Shown one piece after another: positions 18,970 through 24,000 of a DNA stretch of 24,000 bases (within the stretch, counting starts at the first letter, position 1; every line of letters begins with the position of its first letter). Both the position numbers and the translations under genes were made by a program. The notes under the pieces are model-generated. The model saw nothing but the letters and a program-made list of their open reading frames with translations, was not told where the DNA came from and searched no databases. Source of the stretch: Saccharospirillaceae bacterium (GTDB lineage Bacteria; Pseudomonadota; Gammaproteobacteria; Pseudomonadales; Natronospirillaceae); assembly GCA_007116635.1 (NCBI GenBank), contig SKIB01000023.1, forward strand, positions 17,505 to 41,504, in the 5' to 3' direction.

Positions 18970-19191
18970 CATGTGGCCTCCTAGTAAGAACAAATTATGC
19001 TGTTTTGTATAAAAAATAGGCGAAAATCACCAAATATGCCGATCTGTCGGCATGGAAAGGCTAAAACTTATAGAGCCTCGCATTGGTTGTCAATTTACGC
19101 TGAGAACTTTCTTATGGATGAGGTGAAAAAAACCTGCTTTGGATCAGTAGAAAAAAAGCATTTTTTTGCCGCAGATCAATGCCTTAACCAT

Positions 19192-19220
19192 TTGTATTTG
19201 CTGAGCAGGCTGCCTATAAT
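19192..19220 (+). promoter_or_regulatory. Candidate sigma70-type promoter for the sdhCDAB operon
   Basis: TTGTAT (19192-19197), 17-nt spacer, perfect TATAAT (19215-19220), about 95 nt upstream of the sdhC start. Confidence 0.6.
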
Positions 19221-19315
19221 CCTTGATTAACCTTGCAGCGTAGTAAGTATAGCTTTGGCTGCTTTCATGCATCTGTCAAGGCAATAACTAAAACAGCAAT
19301 CAGAGTGAACTATCC

Positions 19316-19693
19316 GTGAAAACAAACCGACCTGTGAATATGGATCTAACCACGATCCGCTTGCCCATCACGGCCATCGCTTCGATATTGCATCGCATCT
19401 CTGGCATCGTCCTCTTTGTTGGTACTGCGTTCCTTATCTGGGCACTTGGTCTTTCATTATCTTCTGCACAAGGCTTTGAACAAGTTAGTCAATTGATCTC
19501 TTCGGTCTTTTGGTTCAAGTTCATTATTTGGGGTACTTTGGCCGCACTGGGTTATCATCTGGTGGCTGGTGTTCGTCACCTTTTGATGGATCTTGGCTTG
19601 GGTGAAACCAAGGAGTCCGGTGCTTTGGGTTCGCAGATCAGCCTAGTGGTTGGTGTGCTGTTGGCAATTTTAGCAGGAGTTTGGTTATGGTAA
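19316..19693 (+). CDS. sdhC: Succinate dehydrogenase cytochrome b556 subunit
   Basis: NRPVNMDLTTIRLPITAIASILHRISGIVLFVG; YHLVAGVRHLLMDLG. GTG start. Confidence 0.95.
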   Translation: MKTNRPVNMDLTTIRLPITAIASILHRISGIVLFVGTAFLIWALGLSLSSAQGFEQVSQLISSVFWFKFIIWGTLAALGYHLVAGVRHLLMDLGLGETKESGALGSQISLVVGVLLAILAGVWLW

Positions 19694-20034
19694 GAAGTGT
19701 CACCAGTTTTGGCCGCTCCGGTCTTTCCGATTGGTTGTTACAGCGGTTCTCTGCCATCGTTTTGGCCCTGTATACCCTGTTCATTGTGGGTGTTTTGCTT
19801 TTTACCCCTGACATGAGTTATGAGCAGTGGTCAGGTTTATTTGCTCAGGAATGGGTAAAAATCTTCACCCTGCTTACCGTACTTTCTATTGTGATTCATG
19901 CCTGGATTGGCTTGTGGACTGTCGGCACTGATTATTTGCCAAAGGTTTGGCTGCGCTTGCTGTATCAGAGCGCTGTGCTGTTGGTGTTGTTTGTGTATCT
20001 AATTGCGACCGTGCGCGCACTTTGGGGGTTCTGA
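19687..20034 (+). CDS. sdhD: Succinate dehydrogenase membrane anchor subunit
   Basis: [32 protein letters not shown]...[15 protein letters not shown]; ATG at 19687 overlaps the sdhC stop. Confidence 0.93.
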   Translation: MVRSVTSFGRSGLSDWLLQRFSAIVLALYTLFIVGVLLFTPDMSYEQWSGLFAQEWVKIFTLLTVLSIVIHAWIGLWTVGTDYLPKVWLRLLYQSAVLLVLFVYLIATVRALWGF

Positions 20035-21806
20035 TGGCGAATATTAACAAGCTTACTTATGATGCTGTAATCATTGGTGGCGGTGGCTCTGGTTTGCGCG
20101 CCGCCCTGCAATTGGCTCAGTCAGGCCTTAAAACAGCAGTAATTTCCAAGGTATTTCCTACTCGCTCGCATACCGTTTCCGCTCAGGGTGGCATTACCTG
20201 TGCCATTGCCAGTGCTGATCCAAACGATGATTGGCGTTGGCACATGTACGACACCGTTAAGGGCTCTGATTACATCGGTGATCAAGACGCCATTGAATAC
20301 ATGTGTTCTGTTGGCCCGCAAGCGGTCTTCGAGCTTGAGCACATGGGTCTGCCATTCTCTCGCACCGAAAATGGTCGCATTTATCAGCGTCCTTTTGGTG
20401 GTCAATCTAAGGACTACGGCAAGGGCGGCCAAGCGGCCCGTACCTGTGCTGCGGCCGACCGTACCGGTCATGCCCTGTTGCATACCCTTTATCAGGCCAA
20501 TATTAAGGCTGGCACCGAGTTTTTGAATGAATGGTATGCCGTTGATTTGGTGACCAATGCTGCCGGTGATGTACGGGGTGTGGTGGCCATCTGTATTGAA
20601 GATGGCGAAGTTCATTATGTGGATGCCAAGGCGACGGTTCTGGCCACTGGTGGCGCGGGTCGCATCTATGCCTCTACCACCAATGCTTTGATTAACACTG
20701 GTGATGGCATTGGTATGGCCATGCGAGCTGGTATTCCGGTGCAAGACATGGAAATGTGGCAGTTCCATCCAACGGGTATCTATGGTGCTGGTACTCTGGT
20801 GACCGAGGGTTGCCGTGGTGAGGGCGGTTATCTGATCAATAAAGACGGCGAGCGCTTTATGGAGCGTTACGCTCCTAATGCCAAAGACTTGGCCGGTCGT
20901 GATGTGGTCGCCCGTGCCATGATTCTTGAACTGCTTGAAGGTCGCGGTGGCGGTCCAGAGGGTGATCACGTATTCCTTAAGTTGGATCACCTAGGGGAAG
21001 AAGTCCTTCATTCGCGTTTGCCTGGTATTTGCGAGCTGTCTAAGACCTTTGCGCATGTGGATCCAGTCAAAGAACCCATCCCTGTGGTGCCAACCTGCCA
21101 TTACATGATGGGTGGCTTGCCAACCAATATCGGTGGTCAGGTGTTGTCACGCGATGCGGCGGGCAAAGATAAGGTGATCAACGGCCTGTACGCTTGCGGC
21201 GAGGCGGCCTGTGTGTCCGTGCATGGTGCTAACCGTCTGGGTGGCAACAGTTTGCTCGATCTGGTGGTCTTTGGTCGTGCGGCTGGTTTGCAGATTGAGC
21301 AAAGCATGAAAGAAGGCTTTAGCACTGACCTGGCCGTCGAATCGGACATTGAACGCGCCATGAGTCGCCTGCAACGCTTGGAATCCTCTAACTCCGGTGA
21401 GAGCGTGGCTCAGGTGCGTAAAGACCTGCAGAACTGTATGCAGCTGCACTTTGGTGTGTTCCGTGAAGGCAAATCCATGCAAGAAGGCTTGGCTAAGCTT
21501 AAAGTGGTTGCCGAGCGTGCAGCTAATGTTCATTTGCCAGACAAGACTAAGGCCTTTAATACCGCTCGTATTGAAGCACTGGAGTTGGATAACCTGCTCG
21601 AGGTTGCCATGGCGACAGCCGTTTCCGCTGAGCAGCGTACCGAAAGCCGTGGCGCCCACGCGCGTGACGATTTCCAAGAGCGTGACGATGCCAACTGGCT
21701 GTGTCATACCCTTTATTTCAAAGGTGAGCCAGGGGTGCACAGACGTGACGTTAATATGCAGCCTAAAACGGTTCCTAGCTTTGAACCTAAAATTCGTACT
21801 TACTAA
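20034..21806 (+). CDS. sdhA: Succinate dehydrogenase flavoprotein subunit
   Basis: [46 protein letters not shown]; [27 protein letters not shown]. Start at 20034 overlaps the sdhD stop. Confidence 0.98.
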   Translation: MANINKLTYDAVIIGGGGSGLRAALQLAQSGLKTAVISKVFPTRSHTVSAQGGITCAIASADPNDDWRWHMYDTVKGSDYIGDQDAIEYMCSVGPQAVFELEHMGLPFSRTENGRIYQRPFGGQSKDYGKGGQAARTCAAADRTGHALLHTLYQANIKAGTEFLNEWYAVDLVTNAAGDVRGVVAICIEDGEVHYVDAKATVLATGGAGRIYASTTNALINTGDGIGMAMRAGIPVQDMEMWQFHPTGIYGAGTLVTEGCRGEGGYLINKDGERFMERYAPNAKDLAGRDVVARAMILELLEGRGGGPEGDHVFLKLDHLGEEVLHSRLPGICELSKTFAHVDPVKEPIPVVPTCHYMMGGLPTNIGGQVLSRDAAGKDKVINGLYACGEAACVSVHGANRLGGNSLLDLVVFGRAAGLQIEQSMKEGFSTDLAVESDIERAMSRLQRLESSNSGESVAQVRKDLQNCMQLHFGVFREGKSMQEGLAKLKVVAERAANVHLPDKTKAFNTARIEALELDNLLEVAMATAVSAEQRTESRGAHARDDFQERDDANWLCHTLYFKGEPGVHRRDVNMQPKTVPSFEPKIRTY

Positions 21807-21820
21807 CAGGAGGATAATGG

Positions 21821-22534
21821 ATGTCACAGTTAACCGTCAGCCTGTATCGTTATAATCCTGAAAGCGATCAGAAGCCACGCATGCAAGAGTTTCAGTTAGA
21901 TCTACCTGAGGGTAAAGATCTAATGGTGTTGGATGTTCTGGCTTTGCTCAAAGAACAAGACACCAGTATTACCTATCGCCGCTCTTGCCGTGAGGGTGTT
22001 TGTGGTTCCGATGGTATGAACATCAGTGGTAAAAATGGCCTGGCTTGCATCACCTCTTTGTCTCAGGTGGTAAAAAATAACAAGCTAGTATTGCGTCCTT
22101 TGCCTGGTTTGCCAGTGATTCGTGATCTGGTGGTGGATATGTCATTGTTTTACAAGCAGTATGAGCGTATTCAGCCCTATTTGATTAATAACAGTCCAGT
22201 GCCCAGCATTGAGCGTTTGCAGTCACCCGAGGATCGTGCCAAATTAGATGGGCTTTACGAGTGTATTCTCTGTGCTTGTTGCTCAACCAGTTGTCCATCC
22301 TTCTGGTGGAATCCTGAGAAGTTTGTTGGTCCTGCAGGTTTGTTGCAAGCATGGCGCTTCTTGGCTGACAGCCGCGATCAAGCAACAGAGGAGCGTTTAG
22401 CGAAATTGGATGATCCGTTCAGCGTGTTTCGCTGTCGTGGAATTATGAATTGTGTCAATGTCTGTCCTAAGGGTCTTAACCCTACCAAAGCAATTGGTCA
22501 CATTCGTTCCATGCTGCTTAAGCAGGCAACCTAA
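21821..22534 (+). CDS. sdhB: Succinate dehydrogenase iron-sulfur subunit
   Basis: Cysteine motifs CREGVCGSDGMNISGKNGLAC, CILCACCSTSCPSFWW, CRGIMNCVNVCPKGLNP; AGGAGG SD. Confidence 0.98.
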   Translation: MSQLTVSLYRYNPESDQKPRMQEFQLDLPEGKDLMVLDVLALLKEQDTSITYRRSCREGVCGSDGMNISGKNGLACITSLSQVVKNNKLVLRPLPGLPVIRDLVVDMSLFYKQYERIQPYLINNSPVPSIERLQSPEDRAKLDGLYECILCACCSTSCPSFWWNPEKFVGPAGLLQAWRFLADSRDQATEERLAKLDDPFSVFRCRGIMNCVNVCPKGLNPTKAIGHIRSMLLKQAT

Positions 22535-22551
22535 CAAAGGTTGTAGTTTTT

Positions 22552-22579
22552 GAGCCGGATTGCGATCCGGCTTCGTTTT
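22552..22579 (+). terminator. Hairpin with short T tract between sdhB and sucA (terminator or attenuator)
   Basis: AGCCGGAT-TGCG-ATCCGGCT followed by TCGTTTT. Confidence 0.65.
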
Positions 22580-22630
22580 GTGTGCACAATTATTAAAGAG
22601 CGTTTATCACGCACAAGGGTGAAATCTGGT

Positions 22631-24000
22631 ATGCACGATAGTCTAATGGAGCAGCTTTGGAAGTCTTCTCACTTTGCTGGCGGCAACTACGAATACTTAG
22701 AGTCCTTATTTGAGTCTTATTTAGCTGACCCAAACAGTATTCCTGAGCAGTGGCGTAATGAATTTGCTCGCCTGCCCATGCTACAGCCTGATCAAACCAC
22801 AGATGTTTCGCATCAGGATTTACGTAATCAATTCCTTGAGATTGCCAAGGCTCGTCGCCCCGGAAATTCAGTTGTGGTCGCCGAAGCTCCGGAGCGTGAA
22901 CGAAAACAAATTCGTGTGCAGCAGTTAATCACTGCCTACCGGATGCGTGGTCATCAAAAGGCTAATCTTGACCCCCTTGGTATTTGGCAGCGTCCGTTAC
23001 CCGTGGATCTTAACCCCGAGTTTCATGGTCTAAACCAGCAGGACTATAAAACAGAATTTTCGTCGGCAACCTTGTTCTTGGGGCAGGAAAAGTTGGCCTT
23101 GGCTGACATCATTTCAGGTCTGGATAAAACCTACTGCTCCTCAATTGGTGCAGAGATCACCCACATAACTAACACCGCTGAGCGTCGTTGGATTGAGCAG
23201 CGCATGGAGTCGGTTCGCTCCCGTCCAGAGTATAGCCCGCAAGCAGCTTTGCATATTTTTGAACGTTTGGTGGCTGCTGAGGGCTTAGAAAAGTACCTTG
23301 GTTCGCGTTATCCAGGAACCAAGCGTTTTGGTCTTGAAGGCGTTGAAAGCCTAATTCCAATGTTGGATGAAATGGTACAGAGAGCCGGTAGCTACGGTGT
23401 CAAAGAAGCGGTAATGGGCATGGCTCATCGTGGCCGCTTAAATGTGCTGGTTAACATATTGGGTAAGAATCCCAAAGATTTATTTGATGAGTTTGATGGT
23501 AAGTCTTTCCTTGATGCTGGTTCTGGTGATGTAAAGTATCATCAGGGTTTTTCAACCAATGTCATGACTCCTGGCGGCGAAATGCATCTGGCCTTGGCTT
23601 TTAACCCATCGCATTTGGAAATTGTCTCACCCGTGGTCGAGGGGTCGGTACGAGCTCGTCAAGACCGCCGAGATGATAATGACCATAATTTGGTTTTACC
23701 TGTGGTGATGCATGGTGATGCAGCCTTTGCAGGTCAAGGTGTGGTGATGGAAACCTTCCAAATGTCACAAACCCGTGCCTATAAGACCGGCGGTACCATC
23801 CATGTAGTGATTAATAACCAGGTCGGCTTTACTACCTCTAAGCAAGAGGACGCACGCTCTACCGAATATTGCACTGACATTGCTAAAATGGTGCAAGCGC
23901 CCATTTTCCATGTCAATGCCGATGACCCTGAGGCAGTGGTTTTCGTTACTCAGTTAGCGGTTGACTATCGGATGAAGTTCAACCGAGATGTGGTGATAGA
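22631..24000 (+). CDS. sucA: 2-oxoglutarate dehydrogenase E1 component, partial (runs off right edge)
   Basis: Open frame from ATG at 22631: MHDSLMEQLWKSSHFAGGNYEYLESLFESYLADPNSIPEQWR...GMAHRGRLNVLVNILGK...MHGDAAFAGQGVVMETFQMSQTRAYKTGGTIHVVINNQVGFTT. Not in the track because it has no in-window stop. Confidence 0.97.
   Translation, partial: MHDSLMEQLWKSSHFAGGNYEYLESLFESYLADPNSIPEQWRNEFARLPMLQPDQTTDVSHQDLRNQFLEIAKARRPGNSVVVAEAPERERKQIRVQQLITAYRMRGHQKANLDPLGIWQRPLPVDLNPEFHGLNQQDYKTEFSSATLFLGQEKLALADIISGLDKTYCSSIGAEITHITNTAERRWIEQRMESVRSRPEYSPQAALHIFERLVAAEGLEKYLGSRYPGTKRFGLEGVESLIPMLDEMVQRAGSYGVKEAVMGMAHRGRLNVLVNILGKNPKDLFDEFDGKSFLDAGSGDVKYHQGFSTNVMTPGGEMHLALAFNPSHLEIVSPVVEGSVRARQDRRDDNDHNLVLPVVMHGDAAFAGQGVVMETFQMSQTRAYKTGGTIHVVINNQVGFTTSKQEDARSTEYCTDIAKMVQAPIFHVNADDPEAVVFVTQLAVDYRMKFNRDVVI

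Noticed and set aside
19947-20033. N-terminal 29-aa extension of sdhA
   Set aside because: Overlaps sdhD; the conserved SdhA N-terminus starts at ATG 20034 (coupled to the sdhD stop).
20121-20990. 289-aa minus-strand ORF in the track
   Set aside because: Fully antisense to sdhA, a highly conserved gene; no recognised domain and composition typical of a shadow ORF.
21147-21827. 226-aa minus-strand ORF in the track
   Set aside because: Antisense to sdhA; no family resemblance.

Overview
The window is a dense gammaproteobacterial chromosomal segment made almost entirely of housekeeping genes. In order it holds: glgC (minus, runs off the left edge); a small TM-peptide ORF; a secreted hypothetical; an ECF sigma/ChrR-type cupin anti-sigma pair; an rpoN-hpf-ptsN-rapZ(C-terminal domain only)-npr-yjgA cluster; kdsD-lptC-lptA-lptB; ibaG/bolA-like-murA-hisG-hisD-Nif3-DUF2288; an mltD-like LysM lytic transglycosylase; a methyltransferase plus dnaQ; gltA; sdhCDAB; and the start of sucA. 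I see no CRISPR array, rRNA/tRNA, transposase, integrase, prophage or recognisable defence system. The two observations most worth following up are (1) a stand-alone RapZ C-terminal domain, lacking the P-loop domain and the basic C-terminal tail, tightly packed between ptsN and npr; and (2) an LptA about twice the usual size that appears to be an internal duplication of the LptA/OstA domain. Weaker observations are missing neighbours (kdsC, the mla operon, hisC, rnhA), a 12-bp tandem repeat with a small ORF between rpoN and hpf, and a 50-aa single-TM peptide ORF not in the supplied track. I did not find convincing evidence of an entirely new multi-gene system.
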